Origin: a virus
Virus record (IMG/VR): IMGVR_UViG_3300047276_000181
Coordinates: 3,256-67,255 of that record
Direction: 5' to 3' (one strand)
Length of the DNA stretch: 64,000 nucleotides
The notes beneath the pieces were generated by a model that searched no databases, was not told the origin of the DNA, and saw only the letters and a program-made list of their open reading frames with translations. Positions 19,258-30,116 of the stretch are shown one piece after another. The position numbers and the translations under genes are program-made. Each line of letters begins with the position of its first letter. The first letter of the stretch is position 1.

Positions 19258-22200
19258 TTAGTTAACTAATTCATTGTGAAGCATAGAACGATTAAAGTAA
19301 GCGTTAAATGCGTAAGTTTCAGTTGGGGTCGTTAAGTTGCTTGTGAAAGTAAACACAGCGTACGGACCTCTTATCTTGTCTCCATCTACCTGACTATTAG
19401 ATACTGCAGCAATTAAACTATTCGCAGTAATCGTTGAGGTTCCAGAGACGAATATCTTGTTTCTATCTACGATGCTAGATATAGATAAATCAGTTGAGTT
19501 AAACAATCCTCCAGATGCAATCTTGACTGATGAGCCAAGAGAGAACGGCATATTGTATACATCATTGAAGAACTCAATGTAGAACCCACCAGTGGCTGAA
19601 GTTACAGTCTTGACCTTACCTAACGGAGTAATGTTAGATGTAGACACTGTAGCAGTTGGTACCGAAGAGTAGTACATACCTTCGCGCTTGTCCATAGAAT
19701 CTATAGTCACAGTTGACTGCTCTCTGGTTTCCGCAGAGAAACTCCAAGGTGAGTTGCCTTCCACACTAATCGCTTCGTACACCTTAACCATAGAGTTATT
19801 CTGAGAAGATACGACCTTAATGATTGAGCCACCGTTAACGCCATAGAAGGTGTTTCTTGCGGCATCATTAGAGTGCTTCCACATAACACCGTCCTTGAAG
19901 GTGAACAAGATATTATCAATATGCGCTGAAGACTCTGGCATATATGAATATCTGGTACTCCATAAGTTGGAACCAATCTCTAATGCGATAGTGTCGTCCT
20001 CAAACGAACCAGAACCAAATCTCTTCTGAATAGAGAGTATGTATTCATCGTGTCTGGGGTCCAAAGAGCCTACAAGTTTAAAGTTTGACTCGCCAAGCTG
20101 AACGGCCTTAGAGAATTTCTCTTTCGTGTATGAGTCCATACCGTGCTCACTCACTACATCAAGTCCATCGCCTCCGATTCTAATAACCTTTCCAGAGCGT
20201 ATATCAGCGTAGAACGTTCTACCCAAGAAAGTAACAACTGACTCTGGGTTCGTTCCCACACCGTAATCTCCAGCGTAGAAGCTTTGCGTTCCTATGAAAT
20301 TTGTAGAAACAGTTACACCTGCGCCACCGCTGATGTATTCGATTAGGTTTCTGTTTATTGGAGCAATCGAAGCCTTTCGTTCCTGCAATATGATGATGGA
20401 GTCTCCATTGTCTACCACGTACTGAATGGAACCATAAACCGACGCCAGGTCTATAAAGTTAGCCTGACCGAGGTTGAATGATGATAGTGACAATACTTGA
20501 GAGTCTAAAACGTAAGGCTCAGAATAAGTAATTGTAGACTTGCGATAAATTCTACCAGCGGTAGGGGCGGGAGCGTTTGGTCTTCCTACACTGATAAAAT
20601 TAGAATCCTTAAAGTCACTTATTGAGTTATCCTCCACAAACATATTCTCGTATGTGGTGGTCATCAATGGTGTGCTGCTGTAAACAGTTACAACATTCAT
20701 CTGACGAAGCCTGTAGTAGGCATCCCCATTGAATGTCTCTATTACTGCCTCATTTAAGTTATCTATGCTAGCCAGGTAGTAGCTACCATCTGGTGGTGTA
20801 ACGGTTGATATTCCGCCAACCTCGTTTGCGTTAGTAACGGAGAACGACAGGTTTGAGCCTACTCTTTTAATCTTGTCTACTCTTACTTCATACGACGTGA
20901 GAACGCCAAGAATAGTCGCGCTAATGACTAAAGCATCTCCAGAGCGAATGTCAAGAGATGTCGTGGCGACCCCTCCCGATATAGATATATTCGTAAGACT
21001 TGAAGTCCAGGTGTAGGAGTAGTCTCTAGCGCCCTTGTGTTTGTAGCTACCGGATGCATTAACGACATCATAAACTTCAGATATCTCCCTGTATATATTT
21101 ACATCAGACTGCTTTATCGGTCTGTATATCTCAATTACGGTATTCTTATTCCACAGGTCGGTATCGGCGATAACTTCAGCCTTAGTGAATCCAATAGCGT
21201 CAAGATTATTCTTAAGCTTCAGGAACCAACCAGTCTTTCTGTCGTCGGATAGTCCAGCTATGCCTCCGATTGGCGTATCAGATGTGCTGTAGTATTCATA
21301 ACCTACAACATCAAACTCGTGTGAAACATAGTTATTAACGCCTCCCGGGAGTGTTCCGGTTTCATACTTTATAATTCTAACCTTGTCTCCATCTCCGAAA
21401 ACATACTGAACGTTAGAATCCTTGAAGTCTATGTAAGAGTATGGCTTACCCTCAAGCGTGCTCATAGACACGTATATAATGTCATCAGTGCTGAGCGCAA
21501 AGGCTTCAGCCACACTGTATTGAAGGCAGTAATTGTAAGATGAGAACGGGGCGTAAACTAATTGCCACTTCTTTGCCCAGCTCGGCGGATTATGCTTCAC
21601 ACGGAACTGCATAGATACAGGGCCGCGCTCTCCAGATGCACGCTCTGAGTACCAAGTAACTTCCTTAGAGCCAATCTCGTTTACCGCGCCACTCCTGTTG
21701 AATGCGTCGTAATAGACGATGCCAAACTTATGCTCCTGGCCAGCCTTAAATGTAGTATTGGCTGACACATAGTATTGTCTTGAGTTGTAGTTCTTGTAGG
21801 CTCTAAATCCAACGAATTGAGTGGAATACGTTGTATTTAACAGCGTTGGGTCGAGCGAGAAGGATATGTATTGAGTCGAATCAACAGGAACGCCAGTAAA
21901 CGTTTCAGTCGCTGATACGGTCTCTAAACTTACAGACTTGACCTTAACCAAGAACGAAATCTGAGTGCTACCATAGTTTATTGAATCAAGAGAAATGTTG
22001 ACTACAGCTGTTCCCTTGAAGTTGTGAGTGGTAGACGAAGACGGAAGGTCTGCCCAAGCGTCCGTAATAGTTATAGGATAGTCACCTATGATGTTGTTAA
22101 CGAAATAAGAGTACACATCAGGACTTCCAGATGTAAGGTCGCTGTATGCCGGCAGATTGAACTGCTTTGCGATATCAATGTATATCGGACCAAGATTTAG

Positions 22201-23505
22201 GTCGTTAGTTGCCTCAACGTCAGTTAGGTCGATAGTTCCAGCAGTTCCAGGCAACACACTTATATCGCCGTAGACTTGGAAATCTAGAATCACACTGCTA
22301 TCGTATGAGGTTGAGTTAACGGTGTCACCTACAACAAATCCAAACTTTGAAGTGACTACACTGCCTGATGGGTTGTAGTAAACCGTTGAGGCTGATGTTG
22401 GATTCACGCTTAGGTATACAGATTGCCCGTCAGCGTTGTTTATTTCGCTTATAGATACTGAAGTGTCTACATTATCATAGAACTCAGTGTATCCACCATA
22501 TAGGAGTCTATTGCCGGCGATTGCTTGGGTGTTTGCTTTCTGTGGCACGTTGTCATACATCTTGTTTTGCTCAAGAGCTGATATGTATGAACGAAGTTTA
22601 CTATTGGTGAACGTTATTGTCTCAGAGGTTAGTGCTCTGTTGTTGTTTATCTCCTCAGCGACGAAGAATCCAGATATACTTGCGGACTTCGCTAGTAGTC
22701 TAATCTTAGATACGTCTCCCTTGCTATGCTTTACCGTTACGTTGATAGCATTGAAAATGTTCTTAGCTGATTCAGTAACGAAGCCATCAAGCAGCTGATA
22801 TACACTTATACCTATCTCACTGTACGGAGACAGGGCTGAAACTTCACCATCCTCATATACGTATTGATATGCGAACTGAAAGAACTCGTCATAGACAAAA
22901 TTGTCTTGATTTGCTACGGTCGCAAAGGCAACAGTTGGAGGAGCCAGTGGTGGTTGTTTCAATGCAGCGATTGACAAGATTTTCTCGTCATCCGTGTAAT
23001 TGTATGCGCCTACTGATTTGTATGGATATCCGCTACCAGACAGTGCCTTAGTTACGTTAATCTTCTTGGGGTCAGTATTTCCATCAGTGAAGTACAGGAG
23101 CGTATCACCGTTCTCCTTCACGATGCAGTCAGCCTTAACGAATGCATCCTCCGTGAATCCCAACACAGAGTCTCTATATATCAACTTCGCCTTGTTAGTT
23201 AGCGTAGTGTAGTAGTATATACTGTGAGCTCCAGTTGAGTTGTATACGAAGAATATCAGTTCACTCTTCTCTTTGGCTACCGTTGAGCCAACAACTACAT
23301 TCTTGATTCCCGAACCTGTAACTAGTTCAGAACCCGTCTCAAAAGCAACCGCTTCATTACCCCAGGCATTCTTTAGAACGCCAGCGTCACCCTCGGCATC
23401 ATTAGATATGTGCACATTAAGTGCGTCTACCATCTCTACCGAACGGACCAACAAGAAATCATCGTCCTTGTTTAAGTAACGAGGTGTTATTTTGTCTACG
23501 GGCAT
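19258..23505 (-). CDS. tail stabilization/muzzle protein (crAss-like)
   Basis: 1415 aa; LNKDDD N-terminus, LYFTDG..PKKIN, FAYQYVY.DGE.S..SPYS; position next to the ring proteins. Confidence 0.8.
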   Translation of the reverse strand: MPVDKITPRYLNKDDDFLLVRSVEMVDALNVHISNDAEGDAGVLKNAWGNEAVAFETGSELVTGSGIKNVVVGSTVAKEKSELIFFVYNSTGAHSIYYYTTLTNKAKLIYRDSVLGFTEDAFVKADCIVKENGDTLLYFTDGNTDPKKINVTKALSGSGYPYKSVGAYNYTDDEKILSIAALKQPPLAPPTVAFATVANQDNFVYDEFFQFAYQYVYEDGEVSALSPYSEIGISVYQLLDGFVTESAKNIFNAINVTVKHSKGDVSKIRLLAKSASISGFFVAEEINNNRALTSETITFTNSKLRSYISALEQNKMYDNVPQKANTQAIAGNRLLYGGYTEFYDNVDTSVSISEINNADGQSVYLSVNPTSASTVYYNPSGSVVTSKFGFVVGDTVNSTSYDSSVILDFQVYGDISVLPGTAGTIDLTDVEATNDLNLGPIYIDIAKQFNLPAYSDLTSGSPDVYSYFVNNIIGDYPITITDAWADLPSSSTTHNFKGTAVVNISLDSINYGSTQISFLVKVKSVSLETVSATETFTGVPVDSTQYISFSLDPTLLNTTYSTQFVGFRAYKNYNSRQYYVSANTTFKAGQEHKFGIVYYDAFNRSGAVNEIGSKEVTWYSERASGERGPVSMQFRVKHNPPSWAKKWQLVYAPFSSYNYCLQYSVAEAFALSTDDIIYVSMSTLEGKPYSYIDFKDSNVQYVFGDGDKVRIIKYETGTLPGGVNNYVSHEFDVVGYEYYSTSDTPIGGIAGLSDDRKTGWFLKLKNNLDAIGFTKAEVIADTDLWNKNTVIEIYRPIKQSDVNIYREISEVYDVVNASGSYKHKGARDYSYTWTSSLTNISISGGVATTSLDIRSGDALVISATILGVLTSYEVRVDKIKRVGSNLSFSVTNANEVGGISTVTPPDGSYYLASIDNLNEAVIETFNGDAYYRLRQMNVVTVYSSTPLMTTTYENMFVEDNSISDFKDSNFISVGRPNAPAPTAGRIYRKSTITYSEPYVLDSQVLSLSSFNLGQANFIDLASVYGSIQYVVDNGDSIIILQERKASIAPINRNLIEYISGGAGVTVSTNFIGTQSFYAGDYGVGTNPESVVTFLGRTFYADIRSGKVIRIGGDGLDVVSEHGMDSYTKEKFSKAVQLGESNFKLVGSLDPRHDEYILSIQKRFGSGSFEDDTIALEIGSNLWSTRYSYMPESSAHIDNILFTFKDGVMWKHSNDAARNTFYGVNGGSIIKVVSSQNNSMVKVYEAISVEGNSPWSFSAETREQSTVTIDSMDKREGMYYSSVPTATVSTSNITPLGKVKTVTSATGGFYIEFFNDVYNMPFSLGSSVKIASGGLFNSTDLSISSIVDRNKIFVSGTSTITANSLIAAVSNSQVDGDKIRGPYAVFTFTSNLTTPTETYAFNAYFNRSMLHNELVN

Positions 23506-23510
23506 ATGCC

Positions 23511-24323
23511 TTAGTATTTAGGTGACTGCTTGAAGTTCTTGCGGATAGTCTTAAGTGCCTCGTCTTTATTGAAGCTCTTCAGTCTAGCATTAGCAAGTCT
23601 TCTTTCGTTGTAGTATTCCTGTCTAGCTCTGGCTTTCTCGCCAAGAGGGACCGTGTTTTTGCGCTCTATCAGACGGTAGTAGATATATGAGCGCAGGGCA
23701 GGCTCTGCATAGATGTGCACTGATGGGTTAGAGCTACGAGCTTCGTCAGCTACGTATTCAATTACCACATAGTCAATGTTAGAACCAACAGCGAGCTCAA
23801 TGCGATTCTGCTCGTGGTTCATACGGTACTCACCGTTGTAGTGACCTCCACCAAGTCCGTAAACAGCTCCGTACGAGTTGTCGTACAAGAAGTTTCTGAA
23901 GATGTATTGGTCGTATCCCTTTACGGATTGAGTCAGTTCAATCTGACCCTTAGCGTCGATTCTGTCGTACACGCCGTCCCCGTCTGAGTCGATGGGATTA
24001 CCTGCGGCATCCTTGAGGTACTCCTGTGAGTAGTTAATATTCTTATTGTGTCCGAAGATGTAGACGAGTCCATCAGTTCCGACATAGCCAATCTTAACTA
24101 AGTCAACGAAGTCATCAGGCAGGTCAACAGTTCTGAGTGACTGATTAACTGGAAGCTTGATACTCTTAACGATTTTAAGCATATCAAACCCAAATTCGCG
24201 CAAGCCACGTAAGGCAAGGTTGCGAACCAGCGTATCAGTAGCGTCAGATGCAAAGTCGTCCTGAGCTACACCCAAGATGAAGTCATTGACTACCTCGTCG
24301 ATTGTAATTAGATTCCTAGACAT
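23511..24323 (-). CDS. tail ring/tubular protein
   Basis: LPDDFVDLVKI pattern; synteny between capsid and muzzle genes. Confidence 0.65.
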   Translation of the reverse strand: MSRNLITIDEVVNDFILGVAQDDFASDATDTLVRNLALRGLREFGFDMLKIVKSIKLPVNQSLRTVDLPDDFVDLVKIGYVGTDGLVYIFGHNKNINYSQEYLKDAAGNPIDSDGDGVYDRIDAKGQIELTQSVKGYDQYIFRNFLYDNSYGAVYGLGGGHYNGEYRMNHEQNRIELAVGSNIDYVVIEYVADEARSSNPSVHIYAEPALRSYIYYRLIERKNTVPLGEKARARQEYYNERRLANARLKSFNKDEALKTIRKNFKQSPKY

Positions 24324-24325
24324 CC

Positions 24326-25057
24326 TTACTGCTTAGTTTGTTCAGACGACGCATACGAGAAGATGTCGCTGTCTTTAATATTTACACCAATCATCTTAGC
24401 CAACTCCATAACAAGCTGAGGAGTATAGTGCTCCGGAAGTTCAAAGTCAACACTCGTCGTTACGTCGTATACCTCCTTGTTTGCTACCGTTGTATATCCA
24501 AACTTTGGTAGAGACACAACTCTGGCTTTCGTTATTGGGTCGATTCCAGATGGTTGTTTGTAATACTTAAGCTTAATCTTCTTTACGCTGGTGGGATACA
24601 CGGTGATACTGTCCGAAACCACAGCGATAGGGTTATTCTCAGTCGGACGAGACAGCGTACTTCTGAAGATGTATTCAGCCTTAAGCTCGTCGTATACGAG
24701 GTCAATAGGAATAGACGTTGTCTGACCCAGGATAAACGTACCGAACGTCTTAGCGGAGATGATTCTAGCCAAATCAGCGGGCTTAGCGAACGTACCGTCA
24801 GCCTGAGAGATAGTGGACTCCTTAGAGAAGAACGCTAGGTCCTCCCTTAACTGCTTGCTTAGGGCCATATCTCTATGCCCGTCAAGACCTCTGCTCTTGG
24901 AAGTAGACGACAGCATATTCTTAGAGAACAAGCTATTGAATACATTCTGCTGAGCCAGCGCAGCAAATGCGTTGAAGGTTGACGGTGTGACGAATCCGCG
25001 CTCGTCTTTGTTCGCCAAATCCTTCAAAGTAGAATATACTGTATAGACGCTAGCCAT
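24326..25057 (-). CDS. tail ring/head-tail adaptor protein
   Basis: NK..RGF.TP..FN..A..AQ and DFELPE motifs; synteny. Confidence 0.65.
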   Translation of the reverse strand: MASVYTVYSTLKDLANKDERGFVTPSTFNAFAALAQQNVFNSLFSKNMLSSTSKSRGLDGHRDMALSKQLREDLAFFSKESTISQADGTFAKPADLARIISAKTFGTFILGQTTSIPIDLVYDELKAEYIFRSTLSRPTENNPIAVVSDSITVYPTSVKKIKLKYYKQPSGIDPITKARVVSLPKFGYTTVANKEVYDVTTSVDFELPEHYTPQLVMELAKMIGVNIKDSDIFSYASSEQTKQ

Positions 25058-25087
25058 TATAGGTTACTTTATGTGCAAATATACCAA

Positions 25088-25116
25088 TAAAAAAGGGGCC
25101 ACTCTCGTAGCCCCTC
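25088..25116 (-). terminator. intrinsic terminator
   Basis: GGGG stem with a T-run on the minus strand after the 279-aa gene. Confidence 0.6.
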
Positions 25117-25135
25117 TGTTAGTCAAGCAGTTAGG

Positions 25136-25975
25136 TTATGCTAAGTGCTCGAGTCTGTTTACCAGTTCATCGTAGATGGGTGCGCCCTTCTCCGTCATAC
25201 AGTAACGGCTCAGTACATCAATCGGCTCCTGACCTGCAGGCGATGCGATGATGAGTCGGTTGGTGTCGTACCAGTAGATGCCGTCGGGCCGCTCACGAAG
25301 AATCTGGAAGTCAACCGCCTGCTTAACCGCAGAGCGAATCTTGACGATAGGATTGTCGAACATCTCGATAAATGCCTTCGGGTTAGCCTTAGCCTCCACG
25401 AGAAGCTCACGGCGAATCTCCTGGTTCTTCTGCTCGATATTGATGCCGAGGTACATAGCGACAGATAGCAGTTCGTCGATTGCCTTGTCACGAACCAATG
25501 AGATGGCATCGTGGAGCAAGAACTCTCTATCCAAATCCTCCTCGGCCTTACGTGAAGAGTCTACCTCAAAGAATACATTACCACCGTTCTTCTTGTTGTC
25601 GGGGTGAGCGTCGAGGTAATCTTGCAGGTTCGGCTTGTTTGCGGCAACTGCTAGGTATCCATCACGGAACACGATGTGCTCACGCATAGCGTTAACCGAC
25701 TGCTCGTCAGTATAGATTGAAGGCTCGTTAGCGCAATAGCGAATTGCCCTTACAGTGTCCTTCTCAGCGTCGTAGATGGTAATGTTGTTTTGGTTCAGTT
25801 TGAACCAGATGCCTCCTCCAGAGATTACGGAGTAGACCTTTTGTTTTCTGCCCTCTTTCTGCTTCTCAATCTGACGCTTGGGTCTGAATGAAGCTGCCAC
25901 GGGTGCAGGTGTGGATACGTGGGTTTCGGGTGCGTCAAGGATAGCTTCCTCTCGGCGGATTGCTGGACGTGCCAT
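25136..25975 (-). CDS. conserved virion-module protein downstream of the capsid gene
   Basis: Long ORF with genome-typical codon bias. Confidence 0.7.
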   Translation of the reverse strand: MARPAIRREEAILDAPETHVSTPAPVAASFRPKRQIEKQKEGRKQKVYSVISGGGIWFKLNQNNITIYDAEKDTVRAIRYCANEPSIYTDEQSVNAMREHIVFRDGYLAVAANKPNLQDYLDAHPDNKKNGGNVFFEVDSSRKAEEDLDREFLLHDAISLVRDKAIDELLSVAMYLGINIEQKNQEIRRELLVEAKANPKAFIEMFDNPIVKIRSAVKQAVDFQILRERPDGIYWYDTNRLIIASPAGQEPIDVLSRYCMTEKGAPIYDELVNRLEHLA

Positions 25976-25995
25976 AATGAATAGAATTAACGATT

Positions 25996-26038
25996 AAAAA
26001 TAGAAAGGGCTAGGGGGGCCCGAAGACCCCCCGTCCCT
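25996..26038 (-). terminator. intrinsic terminator after the major capsid gene
   Basis: GGGGGG..TTCGG..CCCCCC hairpin followed by a T-rich tail on the minus strand. Confidence 0.65.
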
Positions 26039-26049
26039 TAACCTAATGA

Positions 26050-27390
26050 TTAGGCCTTCTTGAGGAGCACGTGGCGGTTAGCGCCGCGCGTTACAAGAGC
26101 GATTTCAGACAGGTAGTTGAACTGAACCAAGTCCTTGGTATCGTTCGAAGCACCCATAAATGAACCGGTCAACCAGTGGTGCATCTCACGGCTAACACCG
26201 TTCGTTGCCTTGTAGTTGATTTCCAGTGACGGATTGCGGTCGCCCGACTTCGGGTCAACTACAGTAGCCATCGGGATAGCAACACCAGCGAAGTTAGCAC
26301 CAGCCAACAAGGTGGGGTCGTTCAGAAGCTTCCAATCGTGCTTGTGGAAGGTGTAACCACCACGGCCGAATGATTTGAATCCGAGTTGGATAGCCATATC
26401 AGCGCTGTTGTTGAAAGCACCGAACTGGGTAGCAACACCAGAGGTCAATGAACCAGAGTTACCCTTGGCAACCAGGTCGTCGAGCAACAGGTCTTGCGTG
26501 CGGTCAACGTACAGAGCGTACTCGGGAGAAGCACCCTGCTTGTCAAGCTCCTTGATGATGAGGTCAAGGTCAGACAACTCAGTGATGTAACCGTTGGTAA
26601 CCAAGCCACGGTCCTCGATGGCAGCGAAGTAACCTTCAGAGCCTTCTACAGATACGTTAGCGGTGTTGGTAACCTTCTGGCCCAGCAACATCATCATCTC
26701 ACGCTTGTCGAGGAAGCGCTGACGCGTGTCGGCCTCACCCTTCATAAACCAACGGTAGTCACCATTGCCAAGGTCAATCCAGCCGAGGTTCGTAGCTTGT
26801 GAGCCAGTCACCTTGAAGATTTCCTTAACAATCATATACGGGTTGGTGCGCTGAACAACGTTCGACTCGAGGTACTCGCTCGGTTGGTCAGTGCCTTGTC
26901 CGTACAGGTTACCGATAATCGGGAACTCGTAAGTGCCAGCAGCGATAACGGTAAGGTTAGCGTCCTCGAGGTTAGCTACCGTGAATGAGGTAGTACCCGT
27001 GATGGCCGTAACGATAGCACGCTCCTTGCCGCTCAACAGAACTACGTCGTTAACGCGAACAACGGGAGCCTGAGCACCGAAGGCAATAACCATAGTCTTG
27101 CCAGCGGTCGTGTCAGCAGCCAGAACGACTTTCTGAGTTTGGTGGAGGCGAACCTCTTCCCACCACTGAACTTTATCAGCAGTTCCAGCGCTCTTAACAG
27201 CACCTACCATCTGCAGGAAGCCAGTGATACCCTGAGCACCGAAAGCCTTAACGAGGGCGTCGCGGTTGTCGGGCTTGTTAACCTCGTTGAAGTAGTCACC
27301 CAAAGCGACGTACTTGGCGGGGTCGAGACGCTTGATAGCGTTTGCACCAGAGAAGAAAGTTCCCTGAGTTGCGGAAGTCATATTTGCCAT
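26050..27390 (-). CDS. major capsid protein
   Basis: 446 aa, strongest codon bias, downstream of an acidic scaffold gene and followed by a terminator; LGFKSF.RGGYTFHK.DWK.LND. Confidence 0.85.
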   Translation of the reverse strand: MANMTSATQGTFFSGANAIKRLDPAKYVALGDYFNEVNKPDNRDALVKAFGAQGITGFLQMVGAVKSAGTADKVQWWEEVRLHQTQKVVLAADTTAGKTMVIAFGAQAPVVRVNDVVLLSGKERAIVTAITGTTSFTVANLEDANLTVIAAGTYEFPIIGNLYGQGTDQPSEYLESNVVQRTNPYMIVKEIFKVTGSQATNLGWIDLGNGDYRWFMKGEADTRQRFLDKREMMMLLGQKVTNTANVSVEGSEGYFAAIEDRGLVTNGYITELSDLDLIIKELDKQGASPEYALYVDRTQDLLLDDLVAKGNSGSLTSGVATQFGAFNNSADMAIQLGFKSFGRGGYTFHKHDWKLLNDPTLLAGANFAGVAIPMATVVDPKSGDRNPSLEINYKATNGVSREMHHWLTGSFMGASNDTKDLVQFNYLSEIALVTRGANRHVLLKKA

Positions 27391-27417
27391 TTTCTTTTAG
27401 TTTTTAGGCGTTAGACG

Positions 27418-28611
27418 TTAAAATCGGAATCTCATCATCGAGTCAGACTCTCCGATGATTTGGCGAAGCTGCTCCTCTATATTGTTGCCCGGTTGTACGT
27501 TGCCTACGTTAGGTGTGTTCACCTTCACGTTCGCTGCGGTCTCTACAACCTTTCTCTGTCCGTCGCTCATACCTTGCTGATAAACTGCTTTGACAATTTC
27601 GTCTATGTTATCAACTACGGTGCGATGCATACTGAACAGTTCGTGGTTCCATTTACCGTTGCGGTCAACGTACTGGTCGAAGTAACTCTCCAGATTAGCG
27701 TTTTTGCTTTTGATTGTCTCGCGGTACTTGTCGTTGATTCCGAACGTGAACAACTTCTCTCCAGGGAGTTCGAAGTCAATTCCATCCAGAGCGTCAACTT
27801 CTTGTTCCATCTCTGACAACCATTGCTCGTCAACAAACGACTCAGCCTGAGGTTCCTCCTGAGCAGTCCTTTCGACTGGCTTCAAGTATGAGCTTCTGAG
27901 TGAATCAATCTGCTTTCTAGCGTTACCCGCGTCAATCTTAAGCTGAAGGCTCGCCATCTTCTGCTCCTTCTCGTCCATAAATTCGGAATCAGTCTTGTAC
28001 TTCGCCGATACAAGCATATCAACCTCCTCACTAGACAAGTCGGGGTAATCGTTCTGCATCTGGAGCTTAATCACTGATAGGTCATCCATTTCGGACGGAT
28101 TCAGTGATTGGTACAGGAACCAGTCCTGCGGGTCGCGCCCAGTCTCTTGAACGAATTTCAGAATCGGCTCTAGCCGTTCATCAATCGACGCTGGTGTATT
28201 GATACGGGATAGAATGTCCTCGAGGCCAAGTCCCAACTGCTCCTGCAGGTAGTCATTGACAAACGATTGGACTTCCTCCTCCGTTGGTTCGTCGGTGGAC
28301 GACTCTACATCGTCCGTGTCTTGCTGGCGGTACACGTATCTATTATCGTCAGACTCATCAGTTGAGTTGTCCTCAGATACTGGCTCACTGGGTGTCTCAA
28401 CAGTTGGCTCCTCGATTTGTGCTGTCTCGTCAGCTAAAGAACTTTCGCTAGCTTCTTCAGTGGTAGCGTCACTGTTTTGTATTGCGTCAGGTGAATCAAC
28501 AATCTGCGGATTTACTGACTGATTATCTTGAAAGTCTTCTCCGGGCTGGTCCACAATGTTGAGTCCCATATCCCTTACGAGGTCTTCCAAGTTGGAAATT
28601 CCGTCTGCCAT
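27418..28611 (-). CDS. capsid scaffolding protein
   Basis: Highly acidic disordered N-terminus; directly upstream of the capsid gene. Confidence 0.7.
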   Translation of the reverse strand: MADGISNLEDLVRDMGLNIVDQPGEDFQDNQSVNPQIVDSPDAIQNSDATTEEASESSLADETAQIEEPTVETPSEPVSEDNSTDESDDNRYVYRQQDTDDVESSTDEPTEEEVQSFVNDYLQEQLGLGLEDILSRINTPASIDERLEPILKFVQETGRDPQDWFLYQSLNPSEMDDLSVIKLQMQNDYPDLSSEEVDMLVSAKYKTDSEFMDEKEQKMASLQLKIDAGNARKQIDSLRSSYLKPVERTAQEEPQAESFVDEQWLSEMEQEVDALDGIDFELPGEKLFTFGINDKYRETIKSKNANLESYFDQYVDRNGKWNHELFSMHRTVVDNIDEIVKAVYQQGMSDGQRKVVETAANVKVNTPNVGNVQPGNNIEEQLRQIIGESDSMMRFRF

Positions 28612-28720
28612 AATGAGTTGAATTAAAGTTCTTTACAAAATTATCAAGTCTTGTTCTCACCAAAGTTTGCAGAATTGAAAACTATTTCGTATATTTGAAT
28701 CAAATAACAAACTAATTCTT

Positions 28721-29035
28721 ATGAAAACATCAATTGCATCACTGTTATTAGTCCTGTCTCTAGGGCTGTTCGCACAAGAGCCTCCTAAGTTCTTAGACGG
28801 GTTCAACTACACAAAGGAAGTAGGGACATCATCTGAAGGAGAGCTGTTTGACTTCTTCGAGGTTCGTGAAGATAACTTCAAGGAACTAAAGCGAGTAGTC
28901 AATAAGCTAGGCAAGCACAAGAAGGTATGGGTAGATAGCTCAGGACTTCTAATCACGCACCGAGAAGTAGACGGATGGGTGGTTATGACATTCAGTGGTT
29001 TCGGATTCAAACGAATCAGTGTATTCCAAGAATGA
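28721..29035 (+). CDS. secreted/periplasmic protein, moron-like unit
   Basis: Signal peptide MKTSIASLLLVLSLGLFA; own TATATTTG promoter (28690-28697) and terminator; opposite strand to the neighbours. Confidence 0.75.
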   Translation: MKTSIASLLLVLSLGLFAQEPPKFLDGFNYTKEVGTSSEGELFDFFEVREDNFKELKRVVNKLGKHKKVWVDSSGLLITHREVDGWVVMTFSGFGFKRISVFQE

Positions 29036-29036
29036 A

Positions 29037-29062
29037 GAAGGGGGCCTGAGCCCCCTTTTTTA
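29037..29062 (+). terminator. intrinsic terminator
   Basis: AAGGGGGC-CTGA-GCCCCCTT followed by a T-run. Confidence 0.75.
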
Positions 29063-29542
29063 TTTCCTTCTAGGAATCATTCCTCCGTTCTTGAGTTTGA
29101 TGCCTCGCTTACGTGCGTCAGACATCGTGTACTCTCCAACTTCTCTAGATATCTTAGCGGCTCTATCCTCAGCGCTGGCTCCAGCGGCAGGCATCTCTGC
29201 TTTAGACTCAAAGGTTCCAACACCACTAGTTCTGCGCTTAACTGCTGCCTCTGCGCTAGCACCGGGTCCGGCTACTCCCATAGTTCTCGTCTGAGCAGAT
29301 GATGTGGGGATGCCACGTCCCGTAGCATTCTCTTCGATTCTACGAGCACGCTCTGTCTCTCCCATAGCCTCAGCTGATGCTGCTCTATTGTAAACACCTT
29401 GAGCTCTAAGGGTCTGAGCTTTCTCTTCGCGTTCCTTGCGAGTCTTCTCTCTATTGAGTTCGTAAGCTGACTTCTTGTCTTTAGCTTGTCCTTTACCTTT
29501 AGGACCGATAGGTCCACCCTGGGCGTATTTTCTAGCTTTCAT
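29060..29542 (-). CDS. basic low-complexity hypothetical protein
   Basis: MKARKYAQGG...KNGG; promoter box at 29560-29567. Confidence 0.6.
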   Translation of the reverse strand: MKARKYAQGGPIGPKGKGQAKDKKSAYELNREKTRKEREEKAQTLRAQGVYNRAASAEAMGETERARRIEENATGRGIPTSSAQTRTMGVAGPGASAEAAVKRRTSGVGTFESKAEMPAAGASAEDRAAKISREVGEYTMSDARKRGIKLKNGGMIPRRK

Positions 29543-29579
29543 AATTGTGAAACTTTGTACAAATATAGAAATCAATCAG

Positions 29580-30116
29580 TTACCATTTGACCTTGTCAGC
29601 CACAGCGTTACACATTTGAATAAACTCTTCCTGAGAGTATTGTTGCTTACACATATTTACCATCTTGTGCACCCATTGTACATTACCTTCTTCATATCCA
29701 ATAGATGAATCTATTCTATCAAGTGACGCCGTGTTATTATTAGAGTCCATAGCATCTATATCCCATCCAGTTAGAGAACACTTAAAGTCTTGATTAATCA
29801 AAAGGTCAGCCAAGTATTCATAATCAAGCGACCAGGACAAATCTCTTAGTAATGCGCTAGCTTCGTATTTCTTAGCAAACGATAGCCTAAGCACTCCTTT
29901 AACCCATCCCTTATGTGCGTTATTTTCTGGTATTGAGTTAGAGCAAGACTTACACAATTTGTTTTCGTTGAACGATAAGACTGCGTAATTCCTTCTTAGA
30001 TATGATTGTTCAACACCACAAGATGGACAAGGTTTATACCACCTTCCATCATTGCCTTTGTATACCGAATCTGGTACGTTCAACAAATAAGGCATAGGAA
30101 CGGTACGAGAGCCCAT
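29580..30116 (-). CDS. HNH-like (homing) endonuclease
   Basis: CPSC, CKSC, CSLTG, ASLDRIDSSIGYEEGNVQWVHKMVNMCK; AT-rich relative to the flanks. Confidence 0.8.
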   Translation of the reverse strand: MGSRTVPMPYLLNVPDSVYKGNDGRWYKPCPSCGVEQSYLRRNYAVLSFNENKLCKSCSNSIPENNAHKGWVKGVLRLSFAKKYEASALLRDLSWSLDYEYLADLLINQDFKCSLTGWDIDAMDSNNNTASLDRIDSSIGYEEGNVQWVHKMVNMCKQQYSQEEFIQMCNAVADKVKW

